From the NCBI GenBank assembly GCA_951406725.2, contig OX597820.1, forward strand, positions 61,132,001 to 61,196,000: a stretch of DNA of 64,000 nucleotides. Direction: 5' to 3'. Under the pieces are notes generated by a model that was not told the DNA's origin, searched no databases, and worked only from the letters and a program-made list of their open reading frames with translations. Below, piece by piece: positions 40,045-53,339 of the stretch. A program made the translations under genes and the position numbers. Position 1 is the first letter of the stretch. Every line of letters begins with the position of its first letter. The stretch is from Octopus vulgaris (Eukaryota).

Positions 40045-40413
40045 GTATAGGTATGTATAAAACTTAAAGATGTGCAGCACATTAGCTTATAAACAAGTAC
40101 AAAAATGTGTGTATATGTGTTTATGTGTTTGTGCGCGTCTGGGTACGTTCAGATAGATGAAGAGAAAGACAAATAGTGGGAGGATAGAGAGACTGCTTAT
40201 TTTACTCTCAAGTATCATAACAGAGGCATTAAAGGTTTTTTTTTTTTTTCTTGTTTTCTTTATAAAGGCTTCTTAAAAATGGGAATGAAAACTGGAGCAA
40301 ATTACTGATTGGCTGTATACCGTAGTTATTTATGGTAAACTTTCTGAAAGGTGGTTCTGTGGGGAAAAAAAATGTTCAAATTGGAAATGACAAGTTTAGC
40401 ATTTATCAAGGAA

Positions 40414-40496
<83 letters not shown>

Positions 40497-40513
40497 TAAT
40501 AATAAAAGCATAC

Positions 40514-41009
40514 CTGCGGCGAAACGGCGCCCAAAGATATTATCCCTGCGGTGTTTACAACTCAGTAAACAGTTAAGTCCAATCTGAGAGTTGGCTACTT
40601 CTCGGATACACATAATGCATTCCATCCTTAATACCATGTCGCTTAGATGGGGACTGTGCACTTCGGTGAGATTACGTAAACACTGGAATAAAAGACCTAA
40701 TCCATCAAATTCTAGAAATTCTTTCATCCAGTCCAAATCACTGCATTTAATTGCTCGGCACAACTTGCCCAGGTTTTGAACTGTCGGATTACGGATCCAC
40801 CACAAAAATTCTGTAGCATCACTCTCTTCGCGTTTTTTGTAATGTTCATCACCAGTTCCATCCCCGGCAACATCTTCGCCGTCGGAGCCTGGACAAATCG
40901 CTTGGCCCAGAACAAATCCATCAGATCGAGCACGTTTCGATCGATCCTTTTTACGTTTGGCGAAGCGACTGGCCTTTCCGGGCCTCATAACCACAGCCTC
41001 TTCACTCAT
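40514..41009 (-). CDS. First coding exon of an inverted formin-2 (INF2)-like protein, GBD/FH3 (DID) armadillo region
   Basis: ATG at 41009. 'PTVQNLGKLCRAIKCSDLDWMKEFLEFDGLGLLFQCL...LSDMVLRMECIMCIREVANSQIGLNCLL' aligns by eye with INF2 '[37 protein letters not shown]...[28 protein letters not shown]'. Phase-1 donor CAG|GTATGC at 40514/40513. The poly-Leu tail of the ORF call is intronic (AAT)n. Confidence 0.88.
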
Positions 41010-41723
41010 GATGAATAGTTTGTAGGTTTTTTCTTTTTTTCTTTCAATCTGTAATTCTATCAATACAAGTAAAAATTTATGTGCGCGCTCGCGTGAAATT
41101 ATTAGACTTATACGGCGAAAAACTTTTACATTTCTTCGTGTTTATAGAAACCCGAATTGTTGATATTTAAAAAAAAAAAAATTCTTCTTCTAACCACAGG
41201 AGGCTTTCCGAACCAAAATAGTTACAAGCTTTGGATGTTTTACTTATTATTCACATCATAAACAGTAACATTGATAAGATAGAGCGTCCCGACAACTCTG
41301 ATAGCAAAAATTTGGTACCATGCGTCGAGTAACAAGTTTACTGACTTCTCTGCTAAAAGTCAGGTTAGAAACAGCAGCAGCTTGACGTGGTGTGGTGAAG
41401 GAAGAAGGAAGAGTGGTGGCATTCGAAGTAGGAGAGAAGACATTCTTCAGCAACAAGCGCAGCAAGTGTAATATCTATCACAAGCCATATATCCATAGTA
41501 ATGCGTCAGTCAGATACTGCTATTTAGCTACAGCGAATACCCATAACAAACGTTGGTGTGTGTAGTAAATATTTATGTTTTTTATTTTAAGCAAGAGAAC
41601 ACATCTTTTTTTTAATACAAGTGCCGAGAATCAAAGTTATATACCTGCCTAAAGAAATGGTAAATTGAATCATAATCTTAATAAAATACTAAATACACTT
41701 GTAATCATAGCTATATGCTAAAT

Positions 41724-42132
41724 ATTTCTTTCTTTATTGCCCACAGGGGGCTAAACATAGAAGGGACAAACAAGGACAGAGAAAGAGATTAAGTCGATTA
41801 CATCGACCTCAGTGCGTCACTGGTACTTGTTTGGTCGACCCCGAAAGGATTAAATGCAAAGTCGACCTCGGCGGAATTTGAACTCAGAACGTAGCGGCAG
41901 ACGAAATACCTATTTCTTTACTACCCACAAGGGGCTAAACACAGAGGGGACAAACAAGGACAGACAAACGGATTAAGTCGATTACATCGACCCCAGTGCG
42001 TAACTGGTACTTAATTTATCGACCCCGAAAGGATGAAAGGCAAAGTCGACCTCGGCGGAATTTGAACTCAGAAAGTAGCGGCAGACGAAATACCGCAAGG
42101 CATTTCACTCGGCGTGCTAACGATTCTGCCCC
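41724..42132 (-). mobile_element. SINE family B partial tandem dimer
   Basis: Two near-identical family B bodies joined at GACGAAATACC|TATTTCTTTA. Confidence 0.85.
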
Positions 42133-43103
42133 TCTTACATGCTAAATATTGAATAAGAAAAATGTTAGCAACAACTAAAAAATGTCAGCAACAACTAAAA
42201 AAAATGTTAGCAACAACTAAAAAATAACTGAAGAATGGGAAATCCCCAAGAAAGTTTTTATGTGTATTACATGAAAGTATTTATTAATGAAAGTAAAGGG
42301 TAAACGTAACATTGAGTTAATATAGAATAATTAATAATTAAAGTTGTATAAATCATTTTGATAGTAAGTGCTATATGGTCAAAAAACTTCAACCGGAGAT
42401 AAATGAGTTTTGTTTTGTTTTTGCCTGAGACAAATGTCAGTTTGACAATAGGAGCGAGCAAATGCATGCACGCGCTTGTTTATATATTTTCATTGACATA
42501 AGCAAACACTTGTACTCGTATATAAACAAACTCCTACACACATAAACCAAAGGAGTTTTAGTAGATTGAACCATCCAATAGATGAATGAATGAAAAAGAT
42601 AGATGGACAAGCTTGCGGAGGTGGGGAGGCAACAGGTGAATGGAGATAAGTAGATGCATAAATTATGTTAATGTTTCGCACTACGTCAGCTCTGACCGCG
42701 CAGACTGATGATCAATGGAAAGCATTTCACCCACGACCAACTAGCCAGTCTTTTTTTTCTTTTAATTTTTTTTCTTCAGACTCCTATTTTCTTTCTTTAA
42801 AACAGTAAGGTGTGATTAAAAGAAGATTTAGTTGTTATTTTCATTCGGTTATTGGCTTGTAATTCTTATCAATTTTAATTAAACGTGACTGTAAGAAACA
42901 TAAAAATTACAGTTATACAATATGTGTCAATCAACGAGGTTAGAGGTCAGACCAACAGTATAATCTACAAGTGCAAGTTCATTGTTGCTGTAAGATCCAG
43001 AAATAGATTCAGATACGCTCATCATCCTTGTCATCATTGTTTAGCCCCGGGTGAACCCTGAAGGAATAAGCCTTTGATCAAGTACATTCCATTTAAAAAT
43101 GAA

Positions 43104-43565
43104 AGCGCAGGAGTGGATGTGTGGTAAGTAGCTTGCTTACCAACCACATGGTTCCAGGTTCAGTCCCACTGTGTGGCACCTTGGGCAAGTGTCTTCTACT
43201 ATAGCCTAAGGCCGACCAAAGCCTTGTGAGTGGATTTGGTAGACGGAAACTGAAAGAAGCCCGTCGTATATATATGTGTGTGTATGTATGTATGTATGTA
43301 TGTATGTATGTATGTATGTATGTATGTATGTATGTATGTGTGTGTGTGTGTATGTATGTGTGTGTGTGTGTGTGTGTTCCCACAACATCGCTTGACAACC
43401 GATGCTGGTATGTTTACGTCCCCGTAACTTAGCGGTTCAGCAAAATAGACCGATAGGATAAGTACTAGGCTTACGAAGAATAAGTCCTGGGATCGATTTG
43501 CTCGACTAAAAGCGGTGCTCAAGCATGGCCGCAGTCAAATGACTGAAACAAGTAAAAGAGTAAAA
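43104..43565 (+). mobile_element. SINE family A copy
   Basis: Full match with expanded (TATG)n. Confidence 0.85.
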
Positions 43566-43962
43566 TGAATCAAAGTAGGGTACGACGGAGTACAACGTTC
43601 CTCTACTTATCAGCCCAAGAAAGGGGTGGCTCATAGTGTCTGGTCTTGTAGCGTTGTTGGGGTAAGGACGGTCAGTCCCGGACGACACTTATATGGGCTG
43701 CACCTTTGGGTTTGATGTATATGCTTGAAGGCCCCGGGGTGGGGCAGCAAACTGAAAGGCTACCCCGGGCGATACTGTTATTCTCCCGCCTTCTCAATCT
43801 CAATCTTTTGGACCATAGCATACACTTGGTTTTTAATACCTGTTTCTATCACTGTGAAATTGTTACCCTCCCATAATCATTAGAGGCCGTGAATAGCTAG
43901 TACTTCATTAACTAATGTATCCTTTTCTTTTTTTTCTTTTTAAAGACTATAGGGAGAAATAG

Positions 43963-44345
43963 TGGAGATGCAATGGCCCAGTGGTTAGGGCAGCGGACTC
44001 ACGGTCGTAGGATCGCGGTTTCGATTCCCAGACCGGGCGTTATGAGTGTTTATTGAGCGAAAACACCTAGAGTTCCACGAGACTCCGGCAGGAGGTGGCG
44101 GCGAATCCTGCTGTACTCTTTCACCACAACTTTCTCTCACCCTTTCTTCCTGTTTCTGTTGAGCCTGTATATCAAAGGGCCAGCCTTGTCACACTCTGTG
44201 TCACTGAAATCTTCCCGAGAACTACGTTAAGGGTACACGTATCTGTGGAGTGCTCAACCACTTGCACGTTAATTTCATGAGCAGGTTGTTCCGCTGATCG
44301 GATCAACTGGAACGCTCGTCTTCGTAACGGACGGAGTGCCACGAT
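43963..44345 (+). mobile_element. tRNA(Arg)-derived SINE, long copy
   Basis: Head nearly identical to the copy at 1203. The flanks share the direct repeat ATAGGGAGAAATA (probable TSD). Confidence 0.8.
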
Positions 44346-45474
44346 AGGGAGAAATAATAGCACTCAAACATCTGAAGATTTAACTGCTATTTCAAGCAGT
44401 TCGAGTGATCAGGTAGAAGATCTTTCTTTAACACGACAACCAATCTGTTCAGCATCAGTTTGAAGGATGCATTGAGAAATCAAATTACAGAGTAAGAAAA
44501 ACCTCTTTATGGAAATTAGCCAGAGACGCATTCTACATGAAAACCAAATTGTTAAATAATGGCTAACATGATTAATTTCATTTTAAGAGGAGGATGAAAA
44601 TTGAAAATCATTTCAGACAAGGTGATTAGAAGAGAATGTTCAATAATAAAAAAAAAAGACGTATTTCATTATAGAGGTGGGGAAACCTTACCTCAGTAAC
44701 ATAGTTAGGTTGGGGGTCGATAAGAGTAGTTCGCCTCGGGCAATGCTTGTATGGAACCGACACTTTTGGATCTGTTGTATAAACATGTATAGAGGGTGGC
44801 AAACACCCAGGTTTCACCACTGCATTACCTAAAGTTAAATAAAACTAATTAGTGGACAAGATCACCATTTAAAAGTGGATTTATTCAGAAGTGAGCTTAG
44901 AGTTTACTGATTAGGATTTTCACCAAAATATTCTAAGTTACATGCAATCATTGTTGCAGCCAAATTGATTCTTTCTGCAATAGGAACAAGTCGATTAGAT
45001 CGACCTCAGTACGCAACTGGTACTTAATTATCGACCCCGGTGGAATTTGAACTCAGAACGTAAAGACAGACGAAAAACCGCTAAGCATTTTGTACGGCGT
45101 GCTAACAATTCTGCCAGCTTGCCGCCTTTCTGCTAGTGCAGAATTAACAACTAATAAGGAATCATCTCTTTATATAAGTTTCTGTTTTATTTATTTATTC
45201 ATTTATTGACAACAGATATCTCAAGGACTTGTATCCAACCAAATGGTTCTGAAGGAATGTTAATATTCAATATATATAAAAAATAAAACGAGTGCGAAAA
45301 TATGTTCATACGTGTATTCAATACATTCCTACACCTTTCACTAACAAATAGATTAGTTATGCAAGAAAGGTGTTGATGGATAACTACGACGGGGTATTTC
45401 GGAAAATAATTTCATTTTTCTAGATGAACTCATCCTCTGAAATATAAAGGAACACATGGACTTCTAAATATTTA

Positions 45475-45699
45475 TTTCTTTATTGCCCACAATGGGATAA
45501 ACATAGAGGGGACAGACAAGGACAAAGGGATTAAGTCGATTATATCGACCCCAGTGCGTAACTGGTACTTATTTAATCGACCCTGAAAGGATGAAAAACA
45601 AAGTCGACCTCGGCGGAATTTGAACTCCGAATGTAGCGGCATACAAAATACCGTTAAGCATTTCGCCCGGCGTGCTAACGTTTCTGCCAGCTCGCCGCT
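45475..45699 (-). mobile_element. SINE family B copy
   Basis: Full match to family B. Confidence 0.85.
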
Positions 45700-46613
45700 G
45701 AGCTCTATATACCGCACTACACAAGTATATATAAAATGTGTGTGAGATATGCATGTATGTGCCCTGGGTATGAATTTAAACTGAATCCAGTTGTGGAACG
45801 ATGGTACGGGACTTGCAAGGTTTTGGGGAGTGTGGGACTACCCTTAGCCACTATTGTTCTCAAGTTTGCTTTGACCCGGATTAGTAGCACCTGTTAGAAT
45901 ACCTGCAGTGGGATAATTAGCATGTGAACTACTCGTTAGAACTTCCATTTCGTAGCAGGTAAACTGAAGTGCAGCTGGTGTCTAGTCGTCTCAACCTATG
46001 TTTTGCCACTTGCTTTAGGGCTAATTGCGCTGGAAAGTGGGTTCACTGTTGTGCAATATTCTATTCAAGCAAAACAAATTCAGGCACAGGAACTTCTTGG
46101 TCTCTCGGGACGTTTACACAGATTTACTAAGTTTAGGAAGTGTCTCACTCAGCCACGAGTTGACTGTCACCCTGTGTGTGTCTGTTTAAATGCAATATAT
46201 TCGCTTGAATTTCTGTAGTGAGCCTCTGTGATTCACTAGACTAAATTACCTGATATGTCTTCAAATCAATGAGATAAAAATTATCTGCAAGTATAAGATG
46301 CCAATTTATTTTTACTCAACATTGCAAGCTTAAACTCTCGTCAGTTTTACAATACCGATGACGTATTCAACGACGAACAGCTTGCTCGTATCCTACCTGA
46401 CCTATTAACATTTTAAAGGAGTATTTGGGGTCAGAAGCTCTTAAACTGACAAACCGCGAATTGGCAGGAGCGTTAGAGCGTCGAATAAAATACTTTGCAT
46501 ATTCGTTCCAACTCACTGTATTTTAAGTTCGAATTCCGTTGGGGCCAACTTTGCATTTTAACCCTACGAGATTTATTCAACTTCTTTCGCGTTTTCTTTG
46601 GAATAATATTTGG

Positions 46614-46775
46614 CAGGGCTCAAGGTACCGGCAACTCAGACAGTCACCTGGAGCGCCATGTGCTAGGGGACGCCAAGGAGGGTGTGACAAAGACAAGTAA
46701 GTTTCCATGACCGTCAGTTTGCACACGCCGAAGTTCAGCTTGCCCAGGCTGCTAACAAACCTAGGGCCGGCCCTG
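46614..46775. mobile_element. hAT-type MITE remnant
   Basis: Left end CAGGGC and right end CCTAGGGCCGGCCCTG, with a GC-rich body. Confidence 0.45.
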
Positions 46776-47459
46776 GTGTTCAGATCGAGAGAGAGAGAGA
46801 GAGATGGTATCCAATAGGTTTCGATATTTATGGCACGTCATATGTTATAACGCTAAAGAGATGAGGGGATAAGACAAACTGTCAAATACCTCTTCAAATC
46901 TCAAAAATATTGGTGAATTTTTTGCACTCTCTCTTCTTTAATCCTATACTTCACAGCAACATTACCCCATCCATTTGTGAAGATGTCGACCAATTGAAGA
47001 CTGGGAGATACTGGCAAAGATTTCTGGGAGATAAAAGCATTAAAAAAATTAAACGAATAAAACACTAAATATTTTTAAAAATCAACTAAGAAGTGTGAGC
47101 AAGAACTCATTTCACTTAAGGAGACCATCCCCTATGAGAAGGAGTCCATCTCCTGTGAAGAGGAATTTACTTCCCGTGAAAAAGAATTCATCTTCTACCG
47201 AATGGTATTAAGCTCACAATTTTCGACGTAACCAACAGATGTAATAAGCTTATAAAATTCACGAAATCTTACCATACAAAACATTTATTGGAGAGGAGAG
47301 AAGCTGGAGTTACACTAAAATAATTGAGTGAGGGGGAAAGAGAGGGGAGGAGAAGGATTCTGAACTCATCAGTTTTGAAAATTTCATGAGAATAGTGGGG
47401 AGGATGTGTATTGAGAACTGTAGAGTGATATAATCAACCAAATTGGCATTTCTCACTAT

Positions 47460-48270
<811 letters not shown>

Positions 48271-48639
48271 ACAGGTAATTATTGCTGTTTTTTCATAACT
48301 CTTTAAACTTGTCTCTACATTTATACACTAGCATAGCTAGAGCGTGTGCCGTTCGGGGGCGGACCTTCCGTTTGCCGTCCCCGGACCCCACAAAAAACAC
48401 ATTGCCTACAGCAAACCCAAAAGTACTGCCCCATTAAAAGTGCCGCCCCAACCGCTACCCCCTAGCTACATCAGTGCATTTATAGTTTAACTTTCACTAT
48501 CCAATTGTTTTTATATAACTTGTTTCTAACGTTATTTGTTCGTAAGTATAGGATCTTATGTATTAACCCTCAATGGGTTATTATTTTCATCATTATATTT
48601 GGACAAGTTGATGAATATGCAGATTGGCATGTCTATGCC

Positions 48640-48980
48640 ACCGAACAGCTTGTAGATCGCTAGACAGACGACCTACAACATTCGGATCTGAGTGAGTTTG
48701 AACCTCCAAGTGGACAGGAATTGGAGCAAGATTATGAGTAGGATGGCCAGCAACACTCAGAATACGGCTGAGAGAACGTTATCTTTGAAAGGTCGAGCAG
48801 CGGTGCTGAATGCCATCTTTGCTTCCCATAATAACTACCGCCTAACTGTTGCACCTTGCCCTAGTCCTCGTTTGGCCAGATTGGAGCACCTACTTTTCCA
48901 CTTTCTTTAGAAGGTGCGCGTTTCACTGGTCAAGATGTCCAACTGCTGCCAACGCCCTCTGGAAAGCGGGTCCAGCATAG
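48640..48980 (+). mobile_element. L1/Tx1-clade LINE post-RT fragment
   Basis: 'NWSKIMSRM...ERTLSLKGRAAVLNAIFASH..YRLTVAPCP...LEHLLFHFL'. Confidence 0.75.
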
Positions 48981-51039
48981 TGTCTGTTGAATCGTAACCT
49001 ATTCATAAATAATATGATCACGTGATCGATCAGACTATCAGATGTTATATATCGCTGGTCACAATGCACTTTGCTTCGTTCTAGCTTTCGAATGAGGCCC
49101 CCACCCCCGTTGGCTAGGCGAGCAAGCCAACATTCGCCCTGAACGGAAGGCCAATCTGTCACAGGGTTACCCATTTACAGCTGGGTGGGCTGGACCAACG
49201 TGAAATGAAATTAAATGATTTTTTTGCTCAAGAACACAATGCCCTGCTCAGTCCAGAAATCGAATCCCCGTTCTAGCGATCGTGCCCACAACACTGATCA
49301 CGTGACTTCTCAAGCAATTATGTATTTAGTACTAATTACTAAAATATTTAAGGGGAAATTTAAAACGGGACCCACATTTCACATCTGGCTTGGACTTTGC
49401 CTGAAGTATTTATTATTATATTTTTTTTACGACACAGATCACTACTAAATTCATGGAAGACTAGATTTAATTTACTATAAATAGCTGTAGATGTATTTGA
49501 CATCTTTCGAGGTTTGAAAGAAGTACACACCAGTTTATAACAATGCAAACACCATTTGCACCTGCTTATTGTGTTTCATCTGTTGTTATAGAAGTGGTCT
49601 TTATCGCACTAAACAGATTTAATTGAATCCAAATGTAACCGATACCAGACAGTTAATTACATAGTTATGTTTAGACTTGCTAATTGAAAGTTTGTTTAAT
49701 TCACTTCTCCTGGTCTTGGAATCATTAACACTGGCCAGTATTATCCAGACATGAAGAATTTCATATGCTCCATCTCAAAGAACTTTGTGAACGCGCCAAA
49801 ATAGTTTGGATATTGTCTTAAGAACTAATTCCAATGTAAACGAAGTCTGAGTGGAAGTACACTTATATACAAAAGATGTAACTTCTCGCCTTTCTGAATA
49901 GTTCTTTGTCGAAATTAAACTACCGTGTGACATTTGAAACATTTCATGGAACATTGCGGAATAACAGATGCTTATTCTCAGGTCTTTATTTATTTATTTT
50001 TTTGTTTTGTTTTTTGAATGACTTTTTGGTTGAGAGATTGGTATATTACCACTTTCTGCTACCTCTGCTAACTGGTCTTGCTGCCATGTAGTTATATACA
50101 CACAAAAGAAACCTTTATTTTTGTATATAACTACATTACCCAATGCGTTTTGGCTTAAGACGATTAATGTAATTTGAGGTCGAAAGAACACGTTGAAATT
50201 GTTTTGTTGACTCAAAAATCTGGAGTTTACATAACAAAGGGAAATCTGGATAGATAGCAAGAATAGAATAATGTCAACTGACGCCCTAAACACACACCCA
50301 CAATAATAGCTCTATGCTCCTTCCATTGTCTGACTGACAAGTTCGTAACACGTAATTACTGAATCTGAAGCATACTCAGTTTTATTCTCGGGCAGGCCTC
50401 ACATCTATATTGAATGTTAATGTTATTTTTTTAACTTTAAATAGGTAATAAGTAATATAAGCAAATTATTTACTCGTAACTATGACAATAGGGAAAAATG
50501 TAGGTTTTCAATATTGTTACAATTTACCATCTACACGATATTAAATCCAGCACTAGAAAAATTATGCGGTGCCTCACTCAGTACCACCTGGAATAGGTGC
50601 TGCCTAGGGCAGTGCTTTGAGTTTGTACACGTCTGGGTCCCTAAGAGTATACAGCAGATCCAAACATGCCGCCTTTATAAAAGTGTCGTCTAGGGCGGAC
50701 CTCCCCCTGGTTCCCACTCATAGCTACCCCACCGGCTGCATTTCCATTGGTGGCCTAAGCAGGTACTTATTTTATCTAATGGTTAAATCCGTCCCTGGTT
50801 GAAAACGGATTCAAACTTGAAGTTTTCGAGAGAAAGAATTTTGTATGAAAGGTTAGTATGTAATGGGATATCACAGTTATTTACTGTAGACTCAACAATC
50901 CACAAACAACTCTAGAGTCTCTTATTTCATTTCCATCACATGTTCACAATTCTCGATCAAGTTACTCCTTTATGAAACCCAACAATGAGAACAGACGCAG
51001 TGGTTTTAATCTTTTAGACTAGGAAGAAGGTAATACAGT

Positions 51040-51464
51040 TCTATATTTAAGAGATGAGGAACTATGTACATTATTTACAATTGACGGATATTTTTCCTCA
51101 TCTTGTTTGTTGTTAACCCAGCGTTTCGGCTGATATACCTTCCAGCCTTCATCAGGTGTCTTGGCGAAATTTCGAACCTGGGTTCTCATTCCTGAGGTAT
51201 TTTTCGATGTTATTATTATTCAGGTCACTGCCTGGAATCGAACTCGGAATCTTGGGGTTAAGAGCGCGGGCTACTAACCCCAAGATTCCGAGTTCGATTC
51301 CATGCAATGACCTGAATAACAACAACATCGAAAAATACCTTAGAAATGAGAACCCAAGTTCAAAATGTCCTCAAGCCACCTGATGAAGACTGGAGGGTAT
51401 ATCAGCCGAAACGTTGTGTTAACAACAAACAAGATGAGGACAAATATCCGTCAATTGTAAATAA
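51040..51464. mobile_element. tRNA-headed hammerhead retroposon as a head-to-head palindrome (copies 2 and 3)
   Basis: About 190-bp arms, 51071-51260 and 51275-51464. The tRNA-like sequence is at the centre. Hammerheads lie at 51115-51160 (-) and 51375-51420 (+). Confidence 0.88.
51375..51420 (+). ncRNA. Minimal type-I hammerhead ribozyme motif
   Basis: GCCAC-CUGAUGA-A-GACUG-GAGGGUAUAU-CAGCC-GAAA-CG-UU-GUGUU, with palindromic ACGU stem III. Confidence 0.75.
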
Positions 51465-51479
51465 CGGAAAGAAGGTGAC

Positions 51480-52120
51480 GTCTACAACCCTTTTTACTGC
51501 CTCCGAGACTGGAGGTTATCAACATTTCTAAAAAAACTGAAATGTTTCCATGCCTGTTGATAATCCCTTTGCATCATTTTTCACTTCTTTATCAGAACTT
51601 TGATGTTCCTGAATATTTTCAAGGAGACTTCCTTTTATGTATATTCTACGTTAACAATTACAATCACTCGCGATGAATATTTCCATCGCTTTGGGAAGTA
51701 TTTTCCTTCAATTCATCGAGCAAAGAAGTTCCTATCACAGAGCTACTATAAATGATAAAATATTTAATCTTGAGATTGAAAGAATGTATTTAATTCAGGA
51801 ATGTGAGAACATCTAGATTCTTTGGAACTGAATCCAAAAGAAGGGCTTCTTTCTGCTTTAACATCAGTAAATCCAAGAAATCTTTCGTAAATTTGTCCAT
51901 TTCCATCATTGTAATGATCAACAGATGGAAAAAAGTACAAGCAATTTACGTCAGCATAAAGGCATTTTGGAATCTCCTTTTTAGTTTGGTCCTCAAGAAG
52001 ACTGATGGCTGAATGGATTAGATCATTCTGAAATGTTGAAGAAAATCAAAAAGCAGTAGCAGTGTTTAAATGGTTTTGCATATTTTCATCAAAATCAACA
52101 ACGCAAAAAGCTAACTCGAT
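51480..52120 (-). mobile_element. hAT (ZMYM1/Tip100-like) transposase remnant
   Basis: Minus-strand translation 'SSTFQNDLIHSAISLLEDQTKKEI' and 'NDGNGQIYERFLGFTDVKAER'. Confidence 0.72.
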
Positions 52121-53339
52121 ATTAATTACCATATTTACGGATAATTCACTATAATCGCGGCCACGAAAAATTAGTACTTACCTTTTCAAAAAACCTGCTA
52201 TTCTAATTAGGCTTTTTAATATATCTCTATTTTGCAAAACTTTTTTACTGTGTCTGCTCGTTGTAAATGATTTCTTCTTATCAAATATTAAATCGATTCA
52301 ACCTACTTTTGCAAATTGCTTAAAATAAACATAGGCTTGTAATTGGATCACCGGCTTTTCGTAGCGAGCGATTGCAGAATGCAAGTTATTTAAATAGTCA
52401 TGTTTTTTTATTTACAGAACCCAAAACTAAAATATCCAACAATACAAAATATTATACGAAATATTTTTTACATAATCATTTGTAAGTTGCATAACGTTCA
52501 GTGTTGTGTGTTCTCATATATCATTTGTTTGCTTTTGTCGAGTTTAATGTCAGAAGAGACCTTTCACTGTCGACTGTGTTTCTTTCATCAGAAGTTAACA
52601 AAATGTTTTATTCGACTCAGTGAAAACCCCACGGCCATCGCAGCGAAGAGGAATCCACGAAAAGAAAAGGGAGCAGGAAAAGTGTTGAATTTGCCTTGGC
52701 GTGATTTGAACTCTGAGAGCTGGAACAAATGCCACAAATCAGTTTTCTGTCTGTTATGCTTGGTTATAATGAATGTGTACTAAGTATCTGCCCCTCCCCT
52801 TCTTTAATGTATGCTCAATGAAACAACAAGCCTGCAGTGTTGATGACTGGTACAAGGCAGCTATCGAGAGAAGACGTGAGTCGAAGAGAGAGTGGTCGCT
52901 CGACTTGCACGAAATAGTGGCTAAAACTTCTTCAAATCCCACACTACAGTCTTAAATAAAGACAGACACGATGAATTATGTAATCCTTGGTTGACAAAAG
53001 ACCTGATATGACATGCACTTTTGAGACGCCTTTGCTCATAGGTCTGCTGGATCAGGGTTGACCAAGGGCTAAACAACAAAACAACAAACAAACAAGCAGA
53101 GGACTCTATTTATAGTATTGAACAGTATGTGGAAGCCCTTCGGAAGAACCATTTCTGTTTTGAGAAAACAGACTTAATCCGATACCCTGTTTAACATTAC
53201 CATTTACCCCTCGGGTACCATTAGGGAAGTACTTTTGACTGTTAGGAACTTTCAGGTCAGATCTGCGGGTAACTTGTTCCGTTCCTTGCACCAATCTTGG
53301 AGGCCTTAAAACGGATCATAAGCGATGCACTTCCCCTTC

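Noticed and set aside
40326-40513. Poly-Leu transmembrane-like C-terminus of the 245-aa ORF
   Set aside because: It is read-through past the splice donor into an intronic (AAT)n microsatellite.
41380-41515. CRE-like sites (TGACGT, TGCGTCA) as the formin promoter
   Set aside because: Short motifs are expected by chance and the transcription start is unknown.
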